64,000 nucleotides of DNA from Emiliania huxleyi CCMP1516 (lineage: Eukaryota): contig NW_005202428.1 of the NCBI RefSeq assembly GCF_000372725.1, positions 2,952,670 to 3,016,669 on the forward strand, in the 5' to 3' direction. Shown here piece after piece: positions 12,149 to 24,159 of the stretch. Position numbers and translations under genes: made by a program. The notes beneath the pieces are model-generated. The model was not told where the DNA came from. It saw only the letters and a program-made list of their open reading frames with translations, and did not search any database. Within the stretch, counting starts at the first letter, position 1. Every line of letters begins with the position of its first letter.

Positions 12149-12798
12149 TCACCCAAAGAGCGCGACGATCTGATCGAGCTTGCCCTTCTCGTCCGCCTCG
12201 GCGGACGCCTCGCCGTCGGCGCCGCCGCCACCGCCACCTCCCGCCGCCGCCGAGGCCGCAGCCACTTCCGCTAGCCTCTCCTTGGCGAGATCGACGGGCG
12301 TCTTGCCGTCCAGCCTATCCTTGGCGGCAGTCACCTCTGACGTCTTGCCGTCCTTCTTGGCTTGCATCAGGATGATCTCCACCATCTCCTTGTCCGCCTG
12401 CAGTTTCGCGGCCCAATTTGCTGGCTGCGAGCGCTAATAATGTGCGCTACCCCTCTCCCTCTCTCTCTCTCGATACAATACATGCATTATGTCCTCTCCT
12501 CTTCTCTCCTCTCCTCTCGTCACTCCCTCCCCTCTCCTGCTCTCGTGCTGTCCTGCTCCCCTGCTCCCCTGCTCTCCTGCTCTCTACTTCTCTCCTCTGC
12601 TGCTCTCTGCTGCTGTCCTCTTTTTCTCCGCAGCAAGTGCACCTGCGGCTTTAAGCTGCCCCAGCACGCAATGTGCAGCGGCGTCCACCCCCGCATCGTA
12701 TCACCCGCCGCGGCATAGTCAGCCCCGTTCTTGAGCTGGTCCTTCACCTTGCTGAGCTCCCCCCTCCTCACACAGCCGCGCAGCTCGCAGCCGCCCAT
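12149..12798 (-). CDS. Small ankyrin-repeat protein (2 exons; intron 12398-12642)
   Basis: MGGCELRGCVRRGELSKVKDQLKNGAD...RGWTPLHIACWGSLKPQ/ADKEMVEIILMQ...DGKTPVDLA; GT-AG intron. Confidence 0.85.
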
Positions 12799-13285
12799 CC
12801 GACAGCCACACGCGTGTGAGGACTCCTGCTCCAGCGTCGGTTTCAACAGGCCAGGAGCCGGGTTTTTGTATTTTTTCATCCTTGATTCTGGGTATCGTTT
12901 GTGCCGCGTCCCGTGCCCCCGAGTTCATTTTAACCACAAAGAGAGAGCCTCTCTCTCTCCAACGCGGTATGGGTAGACCTCGAGGGGTGGGCGCGGGACA
13001 GGAGATGACGGCACGCTGGAGCGACACACAGACACAGAAACTCACAAGACAGCGGCCAGCTGGGCTGCTTCACATCCCGAGTGAGCGTACGGCACTGCAC
13101 AGCAGGGGAACGGGTGTGGGGAGCGCATCGCGACTTTTGGAGACGAGTTTGAGAAAGCAACAAAATTCTTTTTGTCTTCGACGGCGCTGTGCTCCTTTTG
13201 GTACCTTTGTCGAACGCGGCATGTTTCAATTCTTTTTGTCCTGACGCCCCTTGTCTCTCAGAACGCCATCGCCCTTCCGCCGCCG

Positions 13286-14875
13286 ATGCCGATCAACTAC
13301 TCCAAGTGGGACAATCTCGAGCTCTCTGATGACGAGGAGCACTTCCACCCAAACATCGACAATAACCTGATGATCCGCCTGCAGCGCGAGAAGCGCCAGC
13401 AGCGCGAGGCGGAGGAGGAGAAGAAGAAGCAGGAGCTGCTCGCCAAAGGCACGCCTGATGCGCTGGAGGAGATGGAGAAGCTCGAGCGGATGAAGAAGCT
13501 GCACGTGGGCAACATCTGCCACGACAAGTACAGCTCCAAGCACGAGGCGAGCAAGCCGTCTTCGTCGGCCGAGGCGCCGCAGGCCGCGAAGGACACCAAG
13601 CTGCGGGTGGCGGCGACCGAGCCGGAGAGCTTTACGGACGGGTACGAGGAGTTCCTCAGGTCGCACACCGCGACGCTCGAGGAGTACGCCGCCATCGACG
13701 ACGAGGACGAGAAGTCGGAGGCGTACATCCTCTCGCACACGGAGCTCCTCTCGGAGCACGCCACCGGCTACTACCTCCTCCAGTGCATCAGCCTGCAGGC
13801 GCGCCGCCGGCCCGCACGCGCGCCCTCCGAGGCCGGCGCCGGCTCCGCGGCTCGCCCGCCCACGCCCGCCGCCGCCGCCGCGCCCCCGCAGGCCGAGGGC
13901 AAGACGCGCAGCATGAAGAAGATGGCGCGCCAGTACCTGCTGCTCACCTATGTGTGCGACCTCGCGAAGACGATGCCGGGGCGCGACGCGCGCGACGCGA
14001 TCCGGCCGCTCTTCCGCAAGATGGAGGCGCGCGCGGCCAAGCGCCGCCCAACCACGCCCCGCCTCCCCTCGCGCCGCGCGGCAGGCGTCGGCAGGGGAGG
14101 TCCTCCGCCGTCGTCGCCGCCGCCTCCCTCGCCACCACCGCCCTCGCCGCCGCCACCCTCGCCGCCACCCCCCTCGCCGCCGCCACCCTCACCGCCACCG
14201 CCCAGCCCGCCTCCGCCAAGCCCGCCGCCACCCTCGCCCCTGTGACGTGTCGACGGCAGGCGTCGGCAGAGTCGCGGGAGGCGTTTGCGGACCACCTCGA
14301 GAAGTACACTGCGCACGTCAAGACCCGCGCCGAGGTGAAGAAGAAGGAGGACGCGGAGCGGGCGGCGCGCGGCGGCGACGAGGAGTACGAGTACGTGCCG
14401 CTCGAGAAGGGCGAGCAGCTGGGCCCGGGCGGGCTCGACCCGGCGGAGGTGTTCGAGTCGCTGCCGCGCGAGATGCAAGAGGCGTTTGGCGACCGCGACA
14501 TCGACGCGCTCAAGCGGATCCTGCAGGCGCCCGCCGACCCCCCCCCCCCCCCTCTCCCTCCCTCGCTCCCTCGCTCCTTCGGAGCAGGGCCTGGCCTGCG
14601 CCTGCGGGCCTGGCCTGCGCCTGCGGGCCAGCCCTGGTGACCATGCGATGCACCCCGACGAGGTTCGGGTTGGGGTGGCGGGGTTGACCGTACCGTACCT
14701 CCCTCAGGCGATGGACCCCGACGAGGCGTCGCGCCACATGAAGCGCTGCGTCGACTCGGGTCTGTGGAACCCGACGGGCGGCGAGGGCTCGCCGGACGAC
14801 GACGAGGCGGAGGCCGAGGGGCGCGCAAAGCCCTCTGAGGTGGACTCGTCGCCCAGCGCCGAAGTGGATGACTGA
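13286..14875 (+). CDS. CDC37: Hsp90 co-chaperone Cdc37 (introns 13799-13891, 14027-14259, 14527-14707)
   Basis: MPINYSKWDNLELSDDEEHFHPNID; LGPGGLDPAEVFESLPREMQEAF; HMKRCVDSGLW; three GC-AG introns keep the frame. Confidence 0.95.
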
Positions 14876-15305
14876 GCAGCCGCCTATGCCGGCGAAGGAT
14901 GAGTACGCATGCACGCGCGGCGACTCGATGACGTGACGCGATTCGCTCCCTCTCGGCGAGCGCGAGTGACGTCACCGCTGCTACATCACACAGTGGGTAA
15001 AGAGCGCGCGGATTCGCGGAGACTCCGCTGGCCTCCAGAGACTCGGCTCGAGTGCCCCTCTTGTGATACGATAGCGTAGGCGCACGTGGGGGAGTGCGGA
15101 GTTTACGTGTGGCGTGCCGGATGCGCGGATAATGTATGTAGAATGGAGAGGGCAACGAATTTCGACGTTTTTTTGCGTCACCGTCCCCAAGAGACCAAGT
15201 GAGAAGTGTGGGGTCAGGCGTCAGGGAAACGAAGTGTATACACAGCGAGAGAGCGGAGAGAGGGCGGGAAACGACACTCGACAGTCGCGTGCTCCCGACA
15301 CCACA

Positions 15306-15900
15306 AATGGTTGGGTACTAAAATAACGTATAGTAGGGGTAGAGGGCTGCCCAAAACTTAGACCTGCTCGCAGGCAAGCGCTGAACTTAGCCCCCGGAAG
15401 GAGACGGGCTCAAACGCTTGTACGGCTCTAGACTGCTGGTGATCGGAGCTCACGAAGTTAGACGACCGGGACACGAGGCGGCCATGAGGTGGCCAGTTCC
15501 GGGTCTCTGCCGACGTGACCAGGTGTCCGGCCCCCCCGGCCTGCGGCGGTCTGCTAAAAGTGTAAACCTGGATAAAGTTTGCACGATCTCATGGGTCAAA
15601 AACCTACAAGCGCCATCGCCACTTGCCGCGCACGCCCTCCTCTCAGCCCCCGTGGCCGTGCGCAAAGTTGCGACGCACGCCACTTGTATCGATGACACAA
15701 CGGCTGCCATCGCCGCCGGCGCGCCGCCGCAGGCGAAGTCAAGAAGAAAATTTTGAGCCAACGCTAATGATCACGGCCGACTTAGCCCGCATAAGAAGCT
15801 CCCGCCAATCTCAGACCGCGTAAGCACCCCAGCGTGACGCGTCACACACTTAGACCCGTTAAGCCTCGAGGCTCAGAACGTAGCCTACTACCCAACCAGT
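15306..15900. mobile_element. Non-autonomous TIR transposon/MITE with 8-bp TSD (same family as 3158-4761)
   Basis: TSD ACACCACA at 15298-15305 and 15901-15908; ends AATGGTTGGGTA...TACCCAACCAGT. Confidence 0.9.
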
Positions 15901-17237
15901 ACACCACACACCAGCGGATACACGCAGCGCGCGGGAAAGCGTGGTAGAGTCTGGTAGCGGTCGGGAAGCCCGCACACGTAACACACGCGGAACACTAGGA
16001 GCTCAAACCCGACTCGAGAGTGCGCAGTTCTCACCACTCACCACACATACGGCTTATGTGAGCAAGAACGCCTGAAGGACGAACGAGATCGTGGAGACAC
16101 CACGGACGTGTCCTAAACTTCCCGCTAATCGAAACGCGTCCTGAACGCGTCCCTCCAGAACGCGTCCGCTGTGAAGAGAGAGAGAGAGAGAGAGAAGAAA
16201 ATGAAAAACCTGAAAATTGAGCATTTCCTACTCTATGAGCTGAGCAACGGCAGGACCTCGTGGCGTGCCTCGGGGGGGGCTGTGAAACGCCCTGAAAAAC
16301 ACGGGCGCGGCGTGAGTGTGGGTGTGGTCCGCTCGAGCGGTGGTCCGGGAGGATTGAAGACCCCTATCAATTTTGCATTAGTTTTGGAGTGGTGGAGGAG
16401 TGCGCCCTGTATCTAGATACCACACTTTACGAACGGGCGGGAGTGCCCAACCAACCAACTAACGGAATCTACCGGAGCGGTACCCGGCCCGCGCCCCGCG
16501 GGACCAGGCCGAACATTGTAGATGTGGACGACACGTATTGGGCTCACACGACATGCCAACCCGTAGACCTCACGCACATATAACATAGAGCGGCGCCAAC
16601 ATACCCTTTCGGCGGCGCCACGCCCTAGCGCCACCCTAGAGACGCTAGCCTAGACGTGCGCCACCCTAGACGCCACCCGCGGAGTATCTCGGAGTGCCCC
16701 AGATAAGCTTCTCTCAGGGGACCCCGGGCCGTCCGCGCACAGTCCACAAAACCCTCATGATGACATGTGTGTTGCACCACTTCCGGCGCTCCTGCTGATC
16801 TCCCGCGCGCCCTATTTTGGCGCTCTGATCTCGAGTGCTACCCTTAGCTTTGCAGCTCCCGGTGATCTTGACAGCATATCCCTCTCAGGCCTATGATCCT
16901 CAGCGCCTCTACTTCAAACCGGCTCTGATCCTATGGCTATGCGTGCCCCCTCCAGGTCTACTGATCCCACAGACCCTGCTGTGGGTGCTTGATCCTGAGG
17001 CGCGCCCCCGCCGTGCTGGTCCTGAGAGGGTATCTGTGATCCAGGCAGGCAGGGGTGTCTGTCTACGTGCGAGTGCTCTCCTCATTACGAGAGAGTGTGA
17101 TTACGTTTACAGATACTCGCAAGCCGCAAGCGAATTATAATTCTTCCTTGCGGCTTGCGAGTATCTGTAAACGTAAACTCGCCGCGAAAGGCCGCGGGGA
17201 CGTCGTCCGGTGTCGCGGTGTGGCCTCGGGGTTAATC

Positions 17238-18356
17238 ATGTGGAGCTCGAGCATCCTCCTCCTCGCACTCGGCGCCAGCGCGAGCAAAACGGAATGGGCA
17301 ATCGTCAACCTCATCCGCCACGGCGAAAGGACGGACAACAAAACCAACATTGGGCTGTCTCCCCACGGGAAGCTGCGAGCTAAATACATCGGAAAATGCG
17401 TGGCGCAAAACGAGCCGAGCTTTGCCTTCCCGTTGGGCCCGCCCACGCACATGCTGGCGAGCCGGCGGCTAGGACCCGATGGCAAGTCCAAGTCCGACCG
17501 ACCCCACGACACCATCAAGCCGCTCGCCGACAAGCTCGGCCTTATTATGAGTAACGATATTGACATGGCCGACACGGAGCGCTTCATCAAGTACGTGCTA
17601 GCACTGCCGGCAGGTGCGACGGCCTTCATATCCTGGCAGCACTGGTGGATCACCTGGCTGCTAAAGACCTTCGCGCCCAATGCGCCTCCGTTCCCGTCCA
17701 AGTGTCCTTACAGTCAATGGGCGGATCTGCCCGAGTACACACACGGCGCGTGCTACGACTTGGTGTTCCAGCTCGTTCTTAAGCGGTACTCCCCCGAGGA
17801 CGACTGGCACGCGACAGCCTTCTCGCTGATGCACATGGGCTTTGACGGAACCGAAGACTCGGAGTGCTCCTCGGCTCTGGGCCCGAACACAAACCCGACC
17901 GGCTGGCACCAATCGCCTGCAAAGCCCGGTACGGTCAACCTCCCTGAAGAGCACGGTTCGGTCTCAACGTGCGATACCTGGTGCGACCCGGCCATCCAGC
18001 AGCCGGGGAAGCCGCCGTCTCACTGCATTGCAAGCTCCTGCAGCAAGTGCTCGTGGTGTTCAGGGATGCCTGCCGCCCTCGCGGCCGCTCCAGGGCTTCG
18101 CCTTTCGATGATGGAGTCGTTTGAGCTTGAGGATGAGGACCGAGCGGCTGTCCCGACCAGCGGTAGCAGTGCCGGTCCCGGTCACTGGTCGGCGATCCAT
18201 TACTTCCATTACTTCCTCGAGGCGGTGGGCTGTGCGGCCCTAGTGGCTGCAGGTGCAGCGCTCGTGCTTCCGGCTCGCGTCAAGGCGCTCGTGGCGACAC
18301 GGCTCGACCAGGCCGACAAGGAGGAAGAGAGGCCGTACATTGCCGCACCGGCCTGA
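17238..18356 (+). CDS. Secreted/membrane-anchored histidine phosphatase (phosphoglycerate-mutase-like) protein, intronless
   Basis: Signal peptide MWSSSILLLALGASAS; LIRHGE motif, GLSPHGKLRA, RPHDTIKPLA, ISWQH; Cys-rich module; C-terminal TM helix. Confidence 0.85.
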   Translation: MWSSSILLLALGASASKTEWAIVNLIRHGERTDNKTNIGLSPHGKLRAKYIGKCVAQNEPSFAFPLGPPTHMLASRRLGPDGKSKSDRPHDTIKPLADKLGLIMSNDIDMADTERFIKYVLALPAGATAFISWQHWWITWLLKTFAPNAPPFPSKCPYSQWADLPEYTHGACYDLVFQLVLKRYSPEDDWHATAFSLMHMGFDGTEDSECSSALGPNTNPTGWHQSPAKPGTVNLPEEHGSVSTCDTWCDPAIQQPGKPPSHCIASSCSKCSWCSGMPAALAAAPGLRLSMMESFELEDEDRAAVPTSGSSAGPGHWSAIHYFHYFLEAVGCAALVAAGAALVLPARVKALVATRLDQADKEEERPYIAAPA

Positions 18357-18968
18357 GCAGGCGCAGCCGAGAGGGCGATTGAACGCAAGGTGGACGGCCC
18401 GAGTGGCTTGATCTTGATCGGGGGCAGCAGGTGGCTGCGAGCGGGGGAGCCCCTGTTCATGTACGTACGTGTCACTGCGAGATCTGTGTGTCAGTGGCGT
18501 GGCCGTGGGAAGCGCGGCTGCGAGCGGGGGGGCCCTGCAGCGCCTCCCCAGAGGGCAGAGAGGTGAAGTAGGGGTCCTCCACCGTGCGTGAGATTGATTT
18601 GTGCGGTGAGCCGGTGACCCAGTACGCAGACCGTGGGATATCCGTGTGTGTGTGCCCGCCCGAATAAAGGAGAGTGAGAACACAGCACTTATGTGGGTGT
18701 AATATAAAGAAAGGTGCACCGGGAGAGAGTCTCGGAGAGAGAGATACAGTGCTTGCCATACCTCGGTCTTTGCGCTCTTTTTTCCTCCTCTCCAGAAATC
18801 ATAAATGCACACAGGGTTTGCCTCTCGCGCAGAACCCCCAGAGATGAAGGCACAGAGGCATGGGCTGGTGCGCATCACACACCACGGCCAAAGACTTCTC
18901 TAGTGGCAGCGAGATACATCCTCATCACGGAATCGCCGCGCCCCCAAAACGGGCCGCCACCGCTGCCC

Positions 18969-21900
18969 TCACTGGGTGTGGCCCGAGCGCACACGTTGCT
19001 CGACTACGCGGCACTGCGTCTTGTCGGCAAAGCAAATCGGGCAGTGGCCCTTGGACTCGATGCACTGCTGCAAGCACGTCTTATGGAAGTGGTAGCCTGC
19101 ACGCGTCAGGGGCAGGCAGCGGATCAGGGCGGCGGGGCGTCGGGGGAAGTGGTGGAGGGGCGGGCGCGGGCGCACCGCAACACGATGTCCGAATCGCGCT
19201 GAAGGCAGACGAGTACTCCTCCAAACAGACGGCGCACTCCGAGTTCGCCAGCGCAGCCATTCGCTGCGCCTGCTGCTCGATGAGGCGCGGCTCGAGGACA
19301 GCCCACTGGTCGAGCAGCAGCCGGAGCGATCGCTGCAGCTTAGGCTTGGAGCCAAGCAGCATCAGCTGATCGCCGTCGACCGGCAGCGAACGTGCGGCCC
19401 GCTCCTCGATCTCCTGCACGCGGCGCAGCTTCTTCTGGATGGCGCGGATCTTCTTCTCGATGCCGAGCGGGTCCGCCTCTGCAACCTCGGCGAGGAGGGC
19501 CTCGTCGTCCTCCAGCGGCGCGAGCGACATCGACTCGAGCGACAGGACCCGGCCCGGCAGCCGCGCGGGGGCTGCACCCCGCCCGAGCGCCGCGCCGCCG
19601 GCCCCGGGCGCGCCCGCGCTGCTAACCCCGCCAGGGGCGCCCCGCGCGCCAGAGCCAATGGCCCCGAAGCGGCCCGACGCCGACTGCGCGCGCTCGACGG
19701 GCTGGTTGCCTCCCTGCGGCCGGAACTCGGCGCCGCCCAGACCGCCCAAAAGCCCGCCCAAGCCGCCACCGGTGTCAAAGCCACCAAACCCGCCAAGCGG
19801 TCCGGCCGGCGGGGCGGCCCCGCGCCCGGGTGGCGGCGGCAGCGGCGGCGGAAGGCCCTCGGGAGAGTCGTCCTCGTATTGCTGCGGCCGCGAGCGCGGC
19901 CGTGGCGGCGGCAGCGGGGGGGGAAGGCCCTCCTCGGCGAGTGCAGCCGTGATCGAGGCGGCCGCAAACTCGTCGTCAGCGGCGGCTGCGTCCACCGCCT
20001 CGAGGTGCAGAGAAGCGTCCTCCGGCGCACCCGCGCCGCCGTCCGCGTCGTCGTCGCAGGGAGGCGGCGGCGGCGGCGGCGGCAAGTGCTCGACCGGCGC
20101 GGCGGCGTCCTTTGGCCGGGTCCTCAGCTTGACAGACTCCTGGCCGGCGGGGCCGTCGGTGTCAAGGATGAACGCGTCCGAGTGGAGCGTGAGCCATGAC
20201 TTGGCTCCGCCCGCGTTGCGGATCTCCTCCTTGAAGCTGGCGGAGCGCTCGTAGAGCGCCGAGATGAGGGAGGAGAGGCGCATGGCCTTTGGAGAGGCGC
20301 CGTTGCCGCCGCCGAGCACGCTGACCGCCACGTCGAGCAGCGAGCACCCGCCACCACCAGAGTGGACCGCCCCGGCCTCTCCGTTCCTCGCCACAGCGCC
20401 CGCGCCTTTGCCGTTTTTGCCGCCCTTTTTGGGAGGGGGCAGCTCGGGCTCGGGCGACGGCGGGCGCTCCACAGACGCCGCGCCCTCTGCGGCGCCCTTC
20501 TTCTTCTTCTTCTTCTTCTTCCCCCCCTCGCCCGCGTCATCGCCGCCCGCGTCGTCCCTCGCGCCCTCGGCCGCGGCGCCCGTCCCATTGGCATTCGCGG
20601 CAGCGCTGCCGGCGGCCGACGCCTTCTGCTCGGCCTTCTCCGCCTTCTTGGCCTTCTTCGATTTGGACTTTCCGCCGCCCTTGGCAGACGCCGCAGCCAA
20701 CTCCTCCTCCGCAAGCAGCTCGTCGAGCAAGCCCATCCGCAGCTTCTCCACCTCTGCCAGGAGCAGCGCGCGGACCGACTCGTCGACAGCGAAGTCGAGC
20801 GGCTCGCGCCCGTCGGGGCAGCGCATCCGCACCTGCGCGCCGTGCTCGAGCAGCGTGTGCACCGAGGCGCAGCCGCCGGACTGCGCCGCCACGCAGAGCA
20901 CCGTCTTGCCGTCCTCGTCGACGGCGTTGACGTTCGTGCCCATGCCGAGGAGCAGCTCCATCGCCTCGGCGTGCCCGTCGCGCGCCGCATTGCGCAGCGC
21001 CGCCTCGCCGTGCTCCGACTTTGCGTCGGCACCCGCCGCGAGGAGCGTGCGCAGCACCCGCGTCCTCTGCTCTGCCGACCCAGCGGCGTGGGCGAGGCCG
21101 GCGCGCGCGAGCGCCGAGCGCTGCGCCGAGTCCATCCGCACCATCGCCGTGCCGCCCTTGCCGGTGGCGAGGAGCCGCTCCACGCGCTCGGCGTCGCCGC
21201 GTGCCGAGAAAGCTCGCACGAGCGGCTGGGCCTGCGACGCGGCGCAGCGGCCCTTCCAGCGCAGGAGCAGCAGCTCCATCGCCTCGTCGTTGTTGAAATC
21301 GCACGCCTCGGCGAGCGCGAGCCCCACCGCCTCCAGGTCGAGCGCGCCCTCCGTGTCGTGCAGCGACAGGTCGAGCAGCATCGCCACGACGGCGGCCGAC
21401 GAGTGGCCGGCGGCGACCTGCGGGCGGGGAGCGGCGCCGCTGAGCGGGAGGAGCAGGAGGGCGGGAGGAGGGGGGGGAGGGGGGGGGGGGCATTCGCCTT
21501 GAGCAGCGAGGCCGCCTCGGATCCGAGCGGGCCGACGTACCGCACCATCTCTGCGGCCACCCGCTCGGTGAGAGGCTGCTTGCCCTTCTTTTGCAGCGCC
21601 GTCTCGAGCAGCAGCGACACGTGCTGCGCGGAGATTGCGCCCGATCCGAGGAGGAGCGAGAGCAGCTCGTGCCGCCCGTGCAGCGCCATCGCGTGCAGCG
21701 CCTTGTACGACGCCATCGACACGGCCTGGAGCGCCCCCGAGGAGGCCAGCCTGCGGGGGAAGACGAGGCGGCCGTCAGCGAGGAGGCGGGCGGAGAGGGC
21801 GGCGCCGCCAGCGAGGGCTTTATGCCGCGAGAGGTGCAGGGCGGGCATGAGGCAGAGCAGCAAATCGGGCGACGGCGCGCGCGCGGCCATCTCAAGGAGC

Positions 21901-23398
21901 GTCTGCTTCTTGGTGGGGTGCTGCCACAGCAGCGGGTGCCTACGGCGGACCTCGCCCTCCGCCTCAGACGACTCGAGGGAGCCGCGGCGGCGGGCGCGAG
22001 GCGCGGCGCGCGTCTTTGCGTCGTAAGACAAGCGCAGCGTCAGCAGCGCGGCAACCGCGACGCCCTCGGGAGTGAGGGCGTCGACGACGGCGTCGTACAG
22101 CCAGCGGTGGCCCTCGTCGGCGAGGAGGACCTTCGGAGCGGAGGCGGGGCGCTCAAGAGGGGCGGGAGTGCGGGCGCAGCGGGCGCAGGAGGGAGCCGCG
22201 CCAGTGCGCCCGTCGCCTCGGAGAAGGAAGCGACGGGGGCGCAGCAGTCCACGCGCGCGCGCAGCAGGTACTGGACGACCCTGCGAGCGGAGGCGCCGGC
22301 CGCGTCTCGCGCGACGGGGGCAGGAGAGGGGCAGGGGGGGGAGGGGGGGGAGGGGGGGGGGGGGGCGGGCAAGGGGCGGCCCGGCCCGGCCCGGAAAGGC
22401 GGAGGGCGGGGAGAGGGTCGAGGCGGGGAGCAGCCCGATGCATGGCGCGGTGAGGAAAGGCGCGCCCATGCGTCAGCCCAATCACGGCCACGTCGTTCGA
22501 GTGCAGGAGCGTGCCGCAGAGCCGGAGCGCCGAGTTGGGGCGCAGGGTGCACGCCATGCAGTGGCAGGGCGAGGCCGAGGTGCCGCCGCCGCAGCAGCGC
22601 GCGGCGGCGCGGTGGTCTCCGATCTCGGTGTCGATGGCGTGCATGATTGGCTCGCGCGAGGCGAGCGAGTGTGAGGGCTCGTCGTCCGCGGGCGGGTCCT
22701 TCCCGCCGCCTGCGGGGCGCGCGAGGCCGAGGGGCGGGCGGTGAGGCGAGCGGGGGGAGCGGGAGGGCAGGGCGAGGGAGTGGGGCGAGGAGAAAAAGAG
22801 CGGGGAGGGGCGGGGGGAGGGCGCGGAGGGCGTGTTCCAGCGCCCGGCTGTGCGCTGCACGCAACGGCGCAGGCCCGGCGGCCGACGCACTCGCCGGTGC
22901 GGGAGAGGAGGGCAGTGTGTGCCGCGGCGGCGGTGTGGGGCGACGGTGCGGGGCGCCCGCGCCTCCACCCCCGGAGCCGGCGGTGGCGGAGGCCACCGGC
23001 GCGAGCGTCTCCACGAGGTTCTCGAGCAGCTGGTGCAGCCGCGAGAATCCCTGCGATGGCAGCCGCCCCGCCACCTCGATCGTGGAGAGGTGCGAGACGC
23101 CGACGTCGACGAGGCGCGCGCAGCAGTCCGGCTCTATCGTGCGGCCGGCGACGAGGAAGCGGAGGCCGGTCGGGGGCACGGCGCGGCCTCGCAGGAGCGG
23201 CGCCACCCACCCCTCCCAAAAGGAGCGCACCGTCGTCGAGCCCGGGCAGTACACGCTCCGCGGCGGCTTGAGCGGGTCGGAGAGCCGCACGAAGAGCAGC
23301 AGCGTCTCCGACCCGCCGGCCGCCGAGGGGGCCGCGGCAGTTGACGTGGACGGGCCCGCGTCGCCCTTGCTGCCAAAGAAGGGCAGGCTGGCAGCCAT
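18969..23398 (-). CDS. Ubiquitin-like + ankyrin-repeat + C-terminal RING protein (putative E3 ligase), multi-exon
   Basis: N-terminal LRFLVAGRTIE...LVDVGVSHLSTIEVAGRL (UBL); ankyrin repeats ALRNAARDGHAEAMELLL, DEDGKTVLCVAAQSG; RING CAVC...CC/GYHFHKTC...CPIC. Confidence 0.8.
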
Positions 23399-23490
23399 CC
23401 TGGCAGCGGAGCGCCCTCAGGCTTACTCGAGGCCGGCTCACCACGCTTCGTTGGAACCACTGGTATTTCTTTTTTGTACTACCTTACAAC

Positions 23491-23680
23491 TCCCTCCCTC
23501 GCTAGTGTGTTCATTGGGGGGGGGGGGGGGGTCATAACAAACAAACACGGTATACAACAGGATCGAGGTGCACGCTGCTGAAGCAAGCAGTGTCGTCCGC
23601 TCGTCCCCGCTCTCCATCATCTCACAGGGAGACGTCGGCGGTGGTGGGCTGGTGGCTGGTGGCGGTGTGACCGATCGAGC
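23491..23680. repeat. Dispersed repeat (second copy at about 54734-54860)
   Basis: Shared GTGTGTTCATT(G)nCATAACAAAC...GGATCGAGGTGCACGCTGC...GGCGGTGTGACCGAT. Confidence 0.75.
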
Positions 23681-24159
23681 TACAAGAGGAACTTGTTCGG
23701 CATGCATGATCAGGGTGAGCCGAGCAGTTCGCTCACTGGCCGCTCGGTCTACTTGCGCTGTGGCAGCCTAGGTGGCAGCTCCCGCAGCATCCAGGGCCGG
23801 GCGCGGGGGCAGAAGGCGTCGAGCTGGACGGGCAGCTCGGCGGCGGCCAGCTGGCCTGCGGGTGCGAGTCGATGAACTCGGCGACGCGCCGGCGCCGCCG
23901 ACAGCAGCTCTACACAGCGCTCTGACAGCGCTCTACACTCTACATGCTCTACACCCCCCCTCAGCATAAGAGGGCGGCGGCAGCCAGCACCGCAGCACCG
24001 TCGGGGACCACTGAGCGCGCAGCTGGAGTCACGGTCGACCCTCATCAACCCACCAAACAAGAAGAATCTCGGCGTTGCTAGGTCGGCGCAAACCAAAGGC
24101 TGCGCGCAATGTCCATCCAGTGAATGATTTGCACACACCGTATTTTAAAGCCGTCCGTT

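Noticed and set aside
20124..22646. Very long overlapping ORFs (781, 554, 452, 412 aa)
   Set aside because: Shadow frames or exon-intron read-through of the UBL-ANK-RING gene; stops are rare at this GC content
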